Assembly: GCA_021812145.1 (NCBI GenBank)
Contig: JAKAOM010000004.1
Coordinates: 1-57,885, forward strand
Length of the DNA stretch: 57,885 nt
Source: Candidatus Micrarchaeota archaeon
Lineage (GTDB): Archaea > Micrarchaeota > Micrarchaeia > Norongarragalinales > UBA8480
Direction: 5' to 3'
In this document: positions 25,980 to 35,470 of the stretch, in pieces
How the letters are laid out: each line of letters opens with the position of its first letter
Position numbering within the stretch: position 1 is the first letter of the stretch
Notes under the pieces: generated by a model
What the model saw: only the letters and a program-made list of their open reading frames with translations
What the model was told of the DNA's origin: nothing
Databases searched by the model: none
Program-made: the position numbers and the translations under genes

Positions 25980-26282
25980 ATGGTTGGTATTTGTCCTAAG
26001 TGCGGTTTGCCTTTAGATATATGCGCTTGTAAGAGCATTCAGAAAAGCGATGAGTCTATAAAGGTTTATTCGACGAAGAAAAAATTCAACAAGTATGTCA
26101 CCATGATTGAGGGTTTAAGCGGTGAGGAATTGAAAAACACTGCAAAAAGCCTTAAGCACAAACTCGCCACGGGCGGGACGGTGAAGGATGGTTTGATTAT
26201 TCTTCAGGGAGACCAGAAAAAAAGAACGGTCGAAGCTTTGGTAAGTTTCGGTTTTTCAAGGGATAATATTAAGTCATCATGA
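25980..26282 (+). CDS. sui1: translation initiation factor aIF1 (SUI1)
   Basis: 100 aa with an N-terminal CPKCG...CAC zinc knuckle and the IKVYSTKKKFNKYVTMIEGL SUI1 core. It leads the ribosomal protein cluster. Confidence 0.9.
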   Translation: MVGICPKCGLPLDICACKSIQKSDESIKVYSTKKKFNKYVTMIEGLSGEELKNTAKSLKHKLATGGTVKDGLIILQGDQKKRTVEALVSFGFSRDNIKSS

Positions 26283-26548
26283 GCGAAACTCAGCCTGTTT
26301 CCGTTCGAAAGCAGCTTGCAAGGTTATGGATAGGGGAAAAGGTAAAGGTTGTTGAAAGCAGCTGCAAAGAATTGGAAGGTTTTGAGGGTTTGGTCGTTGA
26401 CGAGAGAAAAAATGTTTTCATTCTCGAAACGAAGAAAGGCTTGAAGACGATTCCTAAAAAGAATTGTCTTTTTGAATTGAACGGAGTCGTTTTTGACGGT
26501 TCTGTTTTATGCGTTAAGCCCGAGGATAAAATAAAGAAGTTTGGTTAA
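26279..26548 (+). CDS. rnp1: RNase P protein component 1 (Rpp29/Pop4)
   Basis: 89 aa with an Sm-like GLVVDERKNVFILETKKG pattern, in the conserved slot between SUI1 and S17. Confidence 0.8.
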   Translation: MSETQPVSVRKQLARLWIGEKVKVVESSCKELEGFEGLVVDERKNVFILETKKGLKTIPKKNCLFELNGVVFDGSVLCVKPEDKIKKFG

Positions 26549-26550
26549 AA

Positions 26551-26850
26551 ATGTCTGAAAAAGCAGATTGCAATGATTCGAAATGTCCCTTTCATGGGGG
26601 TTTAAAGGTCAGAGGCAGGATTTTGGAAGGAAGGGTTTCCAGCCTTAAGCAGCAGAAAAGCGCTGTGATCGAGGTTGACTACATTGTGGACATGAAGAAG
26701 TTTCAGAGGTTTGAGAAAAGAAGGAGAAAGATTCACGCTCACGTTCCAGACTGCATTAAGCTGAAAGTAGGCAGCTTGGTTGAAATTTCAAGCTGCAGGA
26801 GGCTTAGCAAGACTATAAGTTTCGTGGTCACGAAGGTTTTAAAGGTTTAA
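26551..26850 (+). CDS. rps17: 30S ribosomal protein S17
   Basis: 99 aa with CPFHGGLKVRGRILEGRV, in the conserved cluster order. Confidence 0.9.
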   Translation: MSEKADCNDSKCPFHGGLKVRGRILEGRVSSLKQQKSAVIEVDYIVDMKKFQRFEKRRRKIHAHVPDCIKLKVGSLVEISSCRRLSKTISFVVTKVLKV

Positions 26851-26869
26851 TATTTTTGGTGTTTTTGAA

Positions 26870-27268
26870 ATGTTTGGTTTAACTGCAAAAGTAACAAAAG
26901 GGCTGTCCCCTAACAGCGTGCTTAATTGCGACGACAACAGCGGTGCAAAGAAAGTTGTTTTTGTCGGAGTTAAAGGGATTAGAAGCAGCAGGGCCAGGAG
27001 AAATCCCAGGGCGGGTGTTGCTAACTTGATTGTTGTTTATGTAAGGACTGGAAAGAGAGAATTGATAAGCAAGAAACACTTGGCGGTTATAACAAGGCAG
27101 AAGAAAGAGTTCAGGAGAGGTTTGGAAAGGGTCAAGTTCGAGGATAATGCTTGCGTTTTGGTTAACGATGACGGGTTGCCGGTAGGCACTGAAATAAAAG
27201 GTTGCGTGGCCAGGGAAGTTGCTGAAAGATTTCCAAAAGTTGTCACGATCGCCCAGGCGGTGGTTTGA
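26870..27268 (+). CDS. rpl14: 50S ribosomal protein L14
   Basis: 132 aa with LNCDDNSGAK, in cluster order. Confidence 0.9.
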   Translation: MFGLTAKVTKGLSPNSVLNCDDNSGAKKVVFVGVKGIRSSRARRNPRAGVANLIVVYVRTGKRELISKKHLAVITRQKKEFRRGLERVKFEDNACVLVNDDGLPVGTEIKGCVAREVAERFPKVVTIAQAVV

Positions 27269-27270
27269 AA

Positions 27271-27585
27271 ATGATTGACTCCAAGCAGCCTAGAAAGAAA
27301 AGAAAATTCGCGTACACTGCGCCTCTTCACTTGGCTAGGGGTTTTGTTTCAGCTCACCTTTCAAAGGAGTTGAGGGAAAAATTGAAGAAGAGAAGCGTGG
27401 TTTTGAAGAAGGGTTTCACAGTCAAAATTTCAAGAGGGTCAAAGAAAGGGGTTAGCGCTAAAGTAGTCAAGGTTGATTTGGGCGCCAGGAGAATTTTCCT
27501 AGAAGGAATGATCAAGAAGAAGCAGGGTGGAAAGGAGGTTTTGATTCCCTTTGATTCTTCGAATTTAATTGTGGTTTCAACGTGA
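27271..27585 (+). CDS. rpl24: 50S ribosomal protein L24
   Basis: KOW motif KKGFTVKISRGSKKG. I use the ATG at 27271; the track uses a TTG at 27265. Confidence 0.85.
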   Translation: MIDSKQPRKKRKFAYTAPLHLARGFVSAHLSKELREKLKKRSVVLKKGFTVKISRGSKKGVSAKVVKVDLGARRIFLEGMIKKKQGGKEVLIPFDSSNLIVVST

Positions 27586-27591
27586 TTTTTT

Positions 27592-28272
27592 ATGGCAGGA
27601 CATGGTAATTCAAGACATTTGAAAAAACTCGCAGCGCCTAAATTCATAAAGGGCGTAAGAGGCTTGTGGGTGAAGAAGCACTCGGCAGGAAAGCACGGAA
27701 AGGACGAGAGCGTTCCAGTTCAACTTCTTCTTGTAAGCGCGGGATTTGCTTCAAACAAGAGGGAAGCGGGAATTGTCTTGAAGGAAGTTCTTATTGACGG
27801 AAGGAAAGTAAAAGATCTTGGATTCCCCGTTGGTCTTATGGACGTGGTTTCAATTCCAAAGCTTTCGGAGAGTTTTGTTGTCTTAAGGGGAAGCAAGGGT
27901 TTTGCTTTGAAAAAGTGCAAGCCTGAATTCAAGTTTGTTAAGGTTTTGAACAAGAAACTAGTCAGTGGGGGCAAGTTCCAGTTGAATCTAAGCGATGGTT
28001 CGAACATTCTTTCGGACGACAAAAAAATTAAAACAAAGGATACGATCAAGCTTGAAATCCCTGTTTTAAAGGTTGCTGCTGTTTTAAACTTAGGCGAAGG
28101 GGCTAATTGTTATATTTTTAAGGGAAAGCATGCTGGAAAGGCGGGTGTTTTGAAGAAAATAATTCCAAGCAGAGTTGGTGCTAAAGCTGTTCTTGAAAGC
28201 GAGGGCAAGGAGCTTATAACCACTGCTTCGTACATCATGGCTGTTGATTCTGGTTTTAAATCGGTGGATTGA
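27592..28272 (+). CDS. rps4e: 30S ribosomal protein S4e
   Basis: 226 aa with an MAGHGNSRHLKKLAAP start typical of S4e. Confidence 0.9.
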   Translation: MAGHGNSRHLKKLAAPKFIKGVRGLWVKKHSAGKHGKDESVPVQLLLVSAGFASNKREAGIVLKEVLIDGRKVKDLGFPVGLMDVVSIPKLSESFVVLRGSKGFALKKCKPEFKFVKVLNKKLVSGGKFQLNLSDGSNILSDDKKIKTKDTIKLEIPVLKVAAVLNLGEGANCYIFKGKHAGKAGVLKKIIPSRVGAKAVLESEGKELITTASYIMAVDSGFKSVD

Positions 28273-28275
28273 AAA

Positions 28276-28770
28276 GTGGTCGTAGTTCTTGAGAAAATTA
28301 CCTTAAACGTCGGGATTGGCAGCGGAGGCGGGGTTAAACTTGAAAACGCTAAAAAGCTTTTGGAGAAGATAACTGAAGTAAAGCCTGTTGCCACAAAGGC
28401 CAAGAAAAGAAACCCTGCGTTCAACATTAGAAAGGGAGATTTGATTGGAGTTAAGGTTACACTAAGAAAGAAGGGTGCTTTGAATGTTTTGAACAAGTGC
28501 CTTGAAGCGGTCAGTTTCAGGCTTCCCGCCTCTTCTTTTGACAACCAAGGAAATTTTTCCTTCGGAGTTCACGAATATATTGAATTGAAGGGCGTAAAAT
28601 ACGATCCTGACCTTGGAATGATAGGATTTGATGTTTGCGCTACTCTTTCAAAACCAGGAAAGAGGGTTGGTTTGAGGAGGATTAAACCTTCTAGAGTTCC
28701 TTTTAAGCAGAGGGTTTCGAAAAAAGAGGCTATGGAGTTTGCAACAAGCCTTGGAGTGGAGGTGTTTTAA
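28276..28770 (+). CDS. rpl5: 50S ribosomal protein L5
   Basis: 164 aa with a GTG start and [24 protein letters not shown]. Confidence 0.9.
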   Translation: MVVVLEKITLNVGIGSGGGVKLENAKKLLEKITEVKPVATKAKKRNPAFNIRKGDLIGVKVTLRKKGALNVLNKCLEAVSFRLPASSFDNQGNFSFGVHEYIELKGVKYDPDLGMIGFDVCATLSKPGKRVGLRRIKPSRVPFKQRVSKKEAMEFATSLGVEVF

Positions 28771-28772
28771 AA

Positions 28773-28943
28773 TTGGGAGATAAAAAAAAGCAGAGTTTTG
28801 ACTTGAAGTTCAAGAAGAAAGGAAAAAGAAAATGCAGATTTTGCGGAAACGCAAAAGGCTTGATCAGAAAGTACGGACTTTACGTTTGCAGAAGATGCTT
28901 CAGGGAGAAAGGAAAGGAGATGGGTTTTCAGCAGTACATGTGA
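28773..28943 (+). CDS. rps14: 30S ribosomal protein S14 (zinc-binding type Z)
   Basis: Not in the ORF track (56 aa, TTG start 2 nt after the L5 stop). My translation is (M)[55 protein letters not shown], with CxxC...CxxC. It fills the expected slot between L5 and S8. Confidence 0.85.
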   Translation: MGDKKKQSFDLKFKKKGKRKCRFCGNAKGLIRKYGLYVCRRCFREKGKEMGFQQYM

Positions 28944-28949
28944 TTTAAA

Positions 28950-29318
28950 ATGAATTTAAGCGATTGTTTGAACAATATTAAAGTAGGGGAGTTGAAGGGC
29001 CAGAGGCAGGTAACCATAAGGCATGACTCCAAAGTTTTGAGAAGCGTTCTTGAAATTATAAAAGAGAACGGTTTTATAAGCGATTTCAAGTTTTCAGGAA
29101 AAGGCTGTGTTGTTACCTTGAATGGTAAAATAAATAACATAAGCGCGATTTCACCAAGGTTTCCAGTCGGATACAAAAAGTGGGAGGAGTTTGAGCAGAG
29201 ATTCCTTCCTTCAGCGACTGAGGGTTTGATAATAGTAAGCACTCCAAAGGGAATTAAAACGCACGTTCAAGCCAAGGCTGACCGCGAAGGCGGAGTTCTT
29301 CTGGCTTTTGTTTATTGA
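28950..29318 (+). CDS. rps8: 30S ribosomal protein S8
   Basis: 122 aa, in cluster order, with a GGVLLAFVY C-terminus. Confidence 0.9.
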   Translation: MNLSDCLNNIKVGELKGQRQVTIRHDSKVLRSVLEIIKENGFISDFKFSGKGCVVTLNGKINNISAISPRFPVGYKKWEEFEQRFLPSATEGLIIVSTPKGIKTHVQAKADREGGVLLAFVY

Positions 29319-29332
29319 GGTTTTGATATTTT

Positions 29333-29857
29333 ATGGACAAGTTTGAAATTGCTTTGCCTGAAGGGGTTAAAGCCGAGACAAAAATCGGCGAGATAGTGTT
29401 AAGCTCCGGAAGTTTTTCAAAGGCGATAAAGTTTAACGAAAAAGTAATAGCTGTTTCACTTGTTGGAAGCACTCTTAATTTAAGTCTGAAAGGCAAGGAA
29501 AGACGCAAAAGCGTGGCTTTTCTGCATTCAGTAAGGGCGCATGTTTTGAAGGCATTCCAGGGTTTTAAAGAGCCTTTTGTAAAAACGCTTGAAGTTGTTT
29601 ACGCTCACTTTCCAGTCAACATAGAAGTCAAGAAGGAGGAAGTGTTGATTAAGAATTTTCTTGGAGAGAGGATTCCTCGAGTGGCTAGAATAATGCCTGG
29701 GGTGGAGGTTAAGGTTGAAGGCCAGAAGATAACCGTCAAGGGTTTTGACAAGGACGGAGTGGGTCAGACTGCCAGCAATATTGTGAAGAGCGTCAAGATC
29801 AAAAACAAAGATATAAGAGTTTTTCAAGATGGTGTTTACTATGTTCAAACTACCTAA
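29333..29857 (+). CDS. rpl6: 50S ribosomal protein L6
   Basis: 174 aa, in cluster order, with the two-domain L6 pattern. Confidence 0.9.
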   Translation: MDKFEIALPEGVKAETKIGEIVLSSGSFSKAIKFNEKVIAVSLVGSTLNLSLKGKERRKSVAFLHSVRAHVLKAFQGFKEPFVKTLEVVYAHFPVNIEVKKEEVLIKNFLGERIPRVARIMPGVEVKVEGQKITVKGFDKDGVGQTASNIVKSVKIKNKDIRVFQDGVYYVQTT

Positions 29858-30164
29858 GTTTAAAAGACAGAATTCAAAGGCAAAGAAAAGGATCAGGACA
29901 GGGTGGAGAAAGCCTAGAGGAATTGACAACAAGCTTAGGGAGAGAAAGAAAGGCTTTGGCTACATGCCTTCCGCAGGTTACAGAACTGAAAAAAAAATCA
30001 GAAACACTCGCGGAGGAGTGGTTTTGGGCTTGGTTCGCAATTTCAAGGAGCTTGAATCCATGAAGGGCAAGAGTGTTTTCATAGGCAGCGCGGTAGGCAA
30101 GAAGAAAAGAATCGTGTTGATTCAAAAAGCAAGGGAGCTTGGAATTAAGGTGTTGAATGAATGA
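29829..30164 (+). CDS. rpl32e: 50S ribosomal protein L32e
   Basis: KFKRQNSKAKKRIRTGWRKPRGIDNK motif. The true start may be the ATG at 29841. Confidence 0.85.
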   Translation: MVFTMFKLPKFKRQNSKAKKRIRTGWRKPRGIDNKLRERKKGFGYMPSAGYRTEKKIRNTRGGVVLGLVRNFKELESMKGKSVFIGSAVGKKKRIVLIQKARELGIKVLNE

Positions 30165-30583
30165 GCGTTGAAACAGTCAGAAGAGTTGCCGCAAGAATTT
30201 GGGGAATTGGTTCGAGCAGGGTTAGAATTCTTGACGAGAAAAAGGCAAGGGAAGCGCTTACAAGCGAAGACGTTAAGAATTTAATGAGGCAGGGTTTGGT
30301 GATCAAGAAAGCAAAGAAAGGAGTAAGCAGAGGCAGGGCTAGAATCAAAATCTTCAGAAAAAAAATGGGAAGAGGCCGTGGCGAGGGAAGCAGAAAGGGA
30401 ACTAAAAACGCGGTTAAAAGCCTAAAGCAAAGATGGGTTGAAAAAGTAAGAAGCCAGCGCGACTTCATAAAGAAGAACAAGCAGAAGCTCGGAGTCAACT
30501 ACAGAAAGGCGTACAAGCTGGTGAAGGGAAATTTTTTCAGGGACAAGAAACATTTGAAAAGTTTTATTGAAAGTTTGAAGTGA
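30161..30583 (+). CDS. rpl19e: 50S ribosomal protein L19e
   Basis: 140 aa with VRRVAARIWGIGSSRVRI, in cluster order. Confidence 0.9.
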   Translation: MSVETVRRVAARIWGIGSSRVRILDEKKAREALTSEDVKNLMRQGLVIKKAKKGVSRGRARIKIFRKKMGRGRGEGSRKGTKNAVKSLKQRWVEKVRSQRDFIKKNKQKLGVNYRKAYKLVKGNFFRDKKHLKSFIESLK

Positions 30584-30593
30584 GTTTAAATCC

Positions 30594-31070
30594 ATGAGTT
30601 TCAAAAATTATAAAAGAAGAAGAGAAGGAAAGACCGACTACGCTAAAAGGCTTGAAATGCTTAAAAGCAGGCAGCCTAGGCTAGTGGTTAGAAAAAGCAA
30701 CAAGTGCGTGATTGTTCAGGTTGTCGAGTTTGGAGAGAAAGGAGACAAAACCCTTGCCTGCGCAAACTCCTTTGACCTGGGCAAATTCGGGTTCAAGGGC
30801 GCTTGCAATTCACCTTCAGCCTACCTGGTTGGCTTTCTTGCTGGTAAAAGAGCGTTGAAAAAAGGAGTAAAGACTTTCATTGCCGACATAGGCTTGAACA
30901 CTCCTTCCAAGGGAAGCGTTGTTTTTTCGGCTGTTAAAGGCGCACTAGATGCTGGTCTTGGAGGAAAGATGGGTGATGTGGCTGATTTAAAAAGGATAGA
31001 AGGCAAGCATTTAAGCAGTGAAGTGCAGGGAAGTTTTGCAGATGCTAAGAAAAAAATAGAGGTTGATTGA
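30594..31070 (+). CDS. rpl18: 50S ribosomal protein L18
   Basis: 158 aa with RRREGKTDYAKRL and PRLVVRKSNK. Confidence 0.9.
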   Translation: MSFKNYKRRREGKTDYAKRLEMLKSRQPRLVVRKSNKCVIVQVVEFGEKGDKTLACANSFDLGKFGFKGACNSPSAYLVGFLAGKRALKKGVKTFIADIGLNTPSKGSVVFSAVKGALDAGLGGKMGDVADLKRIEGKHLSSEVQGSFADAKKKIEVD

Positions 31071-31689
31071 TATTTTGGATTGGAACGCTAAAACAGAGTT
31101 GGGTCGGGATGTTGCCGCAGGCAAGGTCAAGAGTTTTGACGAAGTCGTAAGAAGCGGCAGGAAGATTTTGGAGAACGAAATTATAGACGCTCTTCTCCCT
31201 GCTCTTGATGATGAAGTGGTTGAGGTTACAAGCACTCAAAGAATGACTGCCAGCGGCAGGAAAATGCTTATGAGAGCGGTAGTTATCGTGGGAGACAGGA
31301 ATGGTCATGTTGGTTACGGGATTGGAAAGGGGGTTGAAACCAAAACTGCGATTGCCAGCGCGATTCAGAACGCTAAGAGAAACATCGTTAGCGCTGTTTT
31401 AGGCTGTGGGTCGTGGGAGTGCGGTTGCGGCAAGGGGCATTCTCTTCCGAGAACAGTCAAGGGAAAAAGCGGGGACACAGAAATTGTTTTAATACCTGCG
31501 CCAAGAGGGACGGGAATAGTTGCTGGTGCGGTTTCGAAAAAAGTATTGGTGCTTGCCGGATTCAAGGACGTTTGGAGCAAGAGCAAGGGCAGGACAAGGA
31601 ACGTTTTGAATCTTGTAAGGGCTACAATAAAAGCTTTGAATTCTTTAAATCAACTTAAAGGCGAATTGAAAAATGTTAGTGTTAGTTAG
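31063..31689 (+). CDS. rps5: 30S ribosomal protein S5
   Basis: 208 aa with a TTG start and VVIVGDRNGHVGYGIGKG. Confidence 0.9.
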   Translation: MIDILDWNAKTELGRDVAAGKVKSFDEVVRSGRKILENEIIDALLPALDDEVVEVTSTQRMTASGRKMLMRAVVIVGDRNGHVGYGIGKGVETKTAIASAIQNAKRNIVSAVLGCGSWECGCGKGHSLPRTVKGKSGDTEIVLIPAPRGTGIVAGAVSKKVLVLAGFKDVWSKSKGRTRNVLNLVRATIKALNSLNQLKGELKNVSVS

Positions 31690-31996
31690 AATTAAGGGAA
31701 AGATAACAATACCTGTTAACTCAGAGAAGATTTTGGACAGCTTTGGCTTGAACAGAAAATTCAATGCAATATTATTGGACGACAACGAGGATAACCAAAA
31801 GAAAATAAAGTCGATAAAGGATTTTGTTCTTGCAGGAGTTGCTTCAGACAAGATAATTGAAAAATTCAAGGGTGCTAAATTATTGAGACTTCACCCTCCT
31901 GTCAAGGGTTTCAAGGCCAGCGTTAAAAAGCCGTTTCCAAGAGGAGTGCTAGGCTTTAATAAGAACGCTAGCGAGATTGTAGAGAGGATGATTTGA
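31673..31996 (+). CDS. rpl30: 50S ribosomal protein L30
   Basis: 107 aa with an MLVLVRIKG start, in cluster order. Confidence 0.8.
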   Translation: MLVLVRIKGKITIPVNSEKILDSFGLNRKFNAILLDDNEDNQKKIKSIKDFVLAGVASDKIIEKFKGAKLLRLHPPVKGFKASVKKPFPRGVLGFNKNASEIVERMI

Positions 31997-32000
31997 ATTT

Positions 32001-32387
32001 ATGGCTAGACATTTGAAGAAGAAGAGCAGAAAATATTTGGGAAACAGGAACCACGGAGGTGGCAACGCTAAAAACAGAAGAGGCAAAGGCAATAGGGGAG
32101 GGGTTGGAAACGCCGGAAAACTTAAGCACAAATGGTTTCACACAATAAAATTCGAACTTGAAGCAATAAGAAAAAACAGGAAGGGTTTTTACAGAAGAAA
32201 ACCCTGGGTTAAGATAGTAAGGCTTTCCGAAATTGCAGTTTCAGGCAAGAGCGAGTTTGAACTTGCTAAAGCAAAGGTTATTGGAAGTTTTGACTTGAAG
32301 AGGCCAATAACAGTCAAGGCTTCGGGCTTTTCAGAGGGTGCAAAAAGCAGCATTGAAAGCGCGGGCGGCAAGGCTGTAGTGATTTGA
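32001..32387 (+). CDS. rpl15: 50S ribosomal protein L15
   Basis: 128 aa with a Gly/Arg/Lys-rich N-terminus (GGGNAKNRRGKGNRGG), in cluster order. Confidence 0.85.
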   Translation: MARHLKKKSRKYLGNRNHGGGNAKNRRGKGNRGGVGNAGKLKHKWFHTIKFELEAIRKNRKGFYRRKPWVKIVRLSEIAVSGKSEFELAKAKVIGSFDLKRPITVKASGFSEGAKSSIESAGGKAVVI

Positions 32388-32390
32388 GAA

Positions 32391-33848
32391 ATGATAAAAG
32401 AGATTGCCAACCTGATTCCGGATATTAGAGCGCCGGAAGTTCCTGTTGGCTTGAAGGAAAAGCTTTACTGGACTGGAATTGTTCTAGTCGTATTTTTCGT
32501 TTTAGGTCAGATATACCCAATTGGAGTAAGCTTTCAGGGAGTCAACAGCCAAATACAGCTTCTTCAGGTTTTGCTTGGAAGCAGCATTGGAAGCTTGACC
32601 ACTCTTGGAATCGGGCCTATTGTATTCGCATCTATAATTCTTCAGCTTGCGGTTGGAACAGGCCTGCTCGGCATTGACACTTCCACTGAAGAAGGCAAGC
32701 AGCATTTCCAGAGCATTCAGAAACTTATGATTGTTGCCCTGGCTTTTATTGAAGGAGTTATTTTCGTTTTGAACAGTCAGCTTGTACCTGTCCTGGGAGT
32801 GGTTTCAGGAACCGCTCCTTTGTTCGGCAGTGTTTTACTGACACAGCTTATAGTCATAATCCAAATAGCTTTTGGTGCTATTCTTGTTATGTTTTTGGAC
32901 GAGCTTGTCCAAAAGTACGGGATTGGAAGCGGTGTTTCGCTTTTCATAGTTGCGGGCGTTGCGCTTCAGGTTTTCGTAGGAGTTTTCAGCATTTCAACAA
33001 ACGCCGGAATTCCGGTTGGATTGATTCCTCAAAGCATTTACTATCTAATTCAGGGAAGCATAAGCACGGCCGTCTGGGTTTTAGTTCCTTTATTCTTTAC
33101 CATAATCGTCTTCCTTGTAACAGTTTATCTTGAGGGAATGAAAATAGAACTTCCCTTAACCTATGGAATGGCAAGGGGTTTGGGCGCAAGGTATCCCATA
33201 AAGTTTCTGTACGTTTCAGTAATGCCGGTTATTCTTGCATTCGCGGTTATTTTTGATTTTCAATTGATTGGAGGTTTACTTGCAAGCCACGGCTTTACCC
33301 TTCTGGGAGTCTTCTCGCAGGGAGTTCCGGTTCAAAGCCTGAGCCTTTCTTACATGCTTTCCAGCTTTCCATCTCCCCTTTTGATGCCTGGCGGCTATTC
33401 GTCTTATCTTTCGTTTTTGACAAGCAGCGTTCCAGTGGTTTTGTTTGGAAATTCAATGACTATTCCTCTTGAACTGATTCACATAATAATTTATGGATTG
33501 GTTTTGGTTTTGCTTTGCGTTGTCTTCGGCTGGTTCTGGATTGAAACAACCGGCATGAGTTCAAAGGACGTTGCCGGTCAGTTGATGAATTCAGGCCTTC
33601 AGATTCCTGGTTTCAGGCAGGATCCAAGAGTTATAGAAAAAGTTTTGGACAGGTATATTCCAATAATAACCGTTCTTGGAAGCGTCACAGTGGGAGTTTT
33701 GGCTTGGTTTGCTCAGATAACCGGCGCTCTTGGAACAGGAATAGGTATTCTTCTGGCGGTTGGAATAACCTATCAATTTTACGAACAGCTTGTAAAAGAC
33801 GAGTTGTTTGAGATATACCCGACTCTTGAAAAATTTGTTAAAAGGTAA
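32391..33848 (+). CDS. secY: preprotein translocase subunit SecY
   Basis: 485 aa with 10 TM helices, in the conserved position after L15. Confidence 0.9.
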   Translation: MIKEIANLIPDIRAPEVPVGLKEKLYWTGIVLVVFFVLGQIYPIGVSFQGVNSQIQLLQVLLGSSIGSLTTLGIGPIVFASIILQLAVGTGLLGIDTSTEEGKQHFQSIQKLMIVALAFIEGVIFVLNSQLVPVLGVVSGTAPLFGSVLLTQLIVIIQIAFGAILVMFLDELVQKYGIGSGVSLFIVAGVALQVFVGVFSISTNAGIPVGLIPQSIYYLIQGSISTAVWVLVPLFFTIIVFLVTVYLEGMKIELPLTYGMARGLGARYPIKFLYVSVMPVILAFAVIFDFQLIGGLLASHGFTLLGVFSQGVPVQSLSLSYMLSSFPSPLLMPGGYSSYLSFLTSSVPVVLFGNSMTIPLELIHIIIYGLVLVLLCVVFGWFWIETTGMSSKDVAGQLMNSGLQIPGFRQDPRVIEKVLDRYIPIITVLGSVTVGVLAWFAQITGALGTGIGILLAVGITYQFYEQLVKDELFEIYPTLEKFVKR

Positions 33849-33856
33849 GTAAAAAA

Positions 33857-34369
33857 ATGGTTTTCGCTTTTGAATGGCAGGAGCTCGTAACAGTTTCGGT
33901 AGTTTTTGCTTTCATATCATTTTTCATAAACAGCAAGCTCGGGGAGAGAAAAAAGGCAAGGGGAATACAGAAGGAGGTTCAGGCTTTTCAGAAAAAACTG
34001 ATGGAAGCGACCAGAAAGAACGACGAGGCTGAGCTGAAGAAGCTTGACGCCGAGCAGAAACAGATGATGTCTAAAATGCAGGAGATGCTTCTGCTGCCCT
34101 TTAAACCGCTCATAGTTATTCTTCCGCTGTTTTTTATAGTCATAGCGCTGGTTCAATCCTATTTTGCAGGGTTTCTGATTCAACTGCCTATAGCGCTGCA
34201 TTTGAACGAGATTTTTGCGCTTCGCATTCTTCAGAGCAGCATTTACGGGCCGAGGGGTTTTTTCATTTTAACCGCTGCTGTTGTGGCTTTTATACTTGAA
34301 ATTGTTTATCTTAAAATAGAGGGTAAGTTTGATAAAAAGGTGATTTTAAATGGTAGCTCCAAGACTTAG
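33857..34369 (+). CDS. DUF106/EMC3-like membrane protein (archaeal YidC/Oxa1-superfamily candidate)
   Basis: 170 aa arranged as TM, a charged coiled segment (KEVQAFQKKLMEATRKNDEAELKKL...QKQMMSKMQEM) and further TMs. It sits at the usual site downstream of secY. Confidence 0.6.
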   Translation: MVFAFEWQELVTVSVVFAFISFFINSKLGERKKARGIQKEVQAFQKKLMEATRKNDEAELKKLDAEQKQMMSKMQEMLLLPFKPLIVILPLFFIVIALVQSYFAGFLIQLPIALHLNEIFALRILQSSIYGPRGFFILTAAVVAFILEIVYLKIEGKFDKKVILNGSSKT

Positions 34370-34664
34370 AAGCAGAAGCGTAAAGAAGAAATTTGTTAAG
34401 GGTGGAAGGTTCATTACAAAGCAAAAGAAGCCTTCAAGGGCGGTTTGCGGTTTGTGCGGAGCAGTCCTTTCAGGCGTTCCTTCAAGGGGCGTTTACGAGT
34501 TGTCAAAGCTTCCTAAGGTAAAGAGAAGGCCTTCTAGGGTTTTCGGGGGAGTCTTATGCGCTTCGTGTGCTCAGAGGCTTTTGATTGAAAAGGCTAGGCT
34601 GAAGAAAGGAGTTTTAGCTAGGGATCAGATTCCTGTTTCGCACTTGAAGTTCTTGAAAGTTTAA
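34350..34664 (+). CDS. rpl34e: 50S ribosomal protein L34e
   Basis: 104 aa with RLRSRS and CGLCG...CASC zinc ribbon. Confidence 0.85.
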   Translation: MVAPRLRSRSVKKKFVKGGRFITKQKKPSRAVCGLCGAVLSGVPSRGVYELSKLPKVKRRPSRVFGGVLCASCAQRLLIEKARLKKGVLARDQIPVSHLKFLKV

Positions 34665-34670
34665 TTTTTC

Positions 34671-35243
34671 ATGAAAATCGTTATTTCTGGTTTGAGCGGT
34701 TGCGGCGCAACTACCGTTTCAAGGCTGGTAAGCGAAAAGCTGAAGCTAAAAAACGTAAACTATACTTTCAGGAATCTTGCGGTTGATTCTGGTCTTGATT
34801 TCAAATACGTGCAGGAGAATGCTCTCGTAAATGGTTTTGACTTTGAGCTTGACTCGAAACTTTTAAAGCTTGCTAAAGGCGATTTTGTTCTAGCTTCAAG
34901 GCTGGCGTGCTGGCTAAGTGATTATAATCTTAGCGTTTGGCTTGAAGCAGGCGTTGAAACAAGGGCGAGAAGAATAGCTGCGAGGGAGAAAAAAAGCTTC
35001 AATATAATTTTGAAAGAAACGATAAAGAGGGACAACCAGAATGTTGAACGGTATAAAAAAATTTACGGTTTGAATATTCTTGACCATTCTTTTGTCGACT
35101 TGACCATAAACGTGGAAAGGATAACTGCCTGGCAGGCCGCTGAAATTATAGCAAATTCTTGCGGAAAGCTTAAGTTGGTTAAAAACAATTTCTCGCATAA
35201 AATAGAAGTAAAGCTCAAAAAAAATTCAAGGGGGAGTGTTTAA
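34671..35243 (+). CDS. cmk: cytidylate kinase (archaeal type)
   Basis: 190 aa. MKIVISGLSGCGATTV P-loop variant and LSVWLEAGVETRARRIAARE, in the conserved slot between L34e and L14e. Confidence 0.75.
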   Translation: MKIVISGLSGCGATTVSRLVSEKLKLKNVNYTFRNLAVDSGLDFKYVQENALVNGFDFELDSKLLKLAKGDFVLASRLACWLSDYNLSVWLEAGVETRARRIAAREKKSFNIILKETIKRDNQNVERYKKIYGLNILDHSFVDLTINVERITAWQAAEIIANSCGKLKLVKNNFSHKIEVKLKKNSRGSV

Positions 35244-35304
35244 AAATTTAAACATTTTAAATATTATCAAATTCTTTTAGTAATTATCAAGAGGTGTTTT
35301 TAGA

Positions 35305-35466
35305 ATGAGTGCTATTAAAGTTGGAAGAAAATGTGTTTTAACAAGAGGAAGAAGGGCGGGAACTGAAGTTGAAATAACGGAAGTTTTAGACTCTAATTTT
35401 GTAAAGGTTAAGGATTCAAAGGGGAAAGCGAGAAAGGCTAACATTTCCCATCTAGAGCCACTGTAA
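35305..35466 (+). CDS. rpl14e: 50S ribosomal protein L14e (minimal, KOW domain only)
   Basis: Not in the ORF track (53 aa). My translation is MSAIKVGRKCVLTRGRRAGTEVEITEVLDSNFVKVKDSKGKARKANISHLEPL. GAGGTG lies 9 nt upstream, and the gene fills the expected slot before cbf5. Confidence 0.8.
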   Translation: MSAIKVGRKCVLTRGRRAGTEVEITEVLDSNFVKVKDSKGKARKANISHLEPL

Positions 35467-35470
35467 AAAA

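Noticed and set aside
28110-28544. Long antisense or alternative-frame ORFs inside well-supported genes, for example 28110..28544(-), 615..1055(+), 2002..2457(+), 12102..12596(+), 36610..37071(+), 39768..40232(+), 43982..44398(-)
   Set aside because: Each overlaps a gene with a strong family signature on the other strand. They have the skewed Ser/Phe/Leu/Cys-rich composition of shadow frames in AT-rich DNA.
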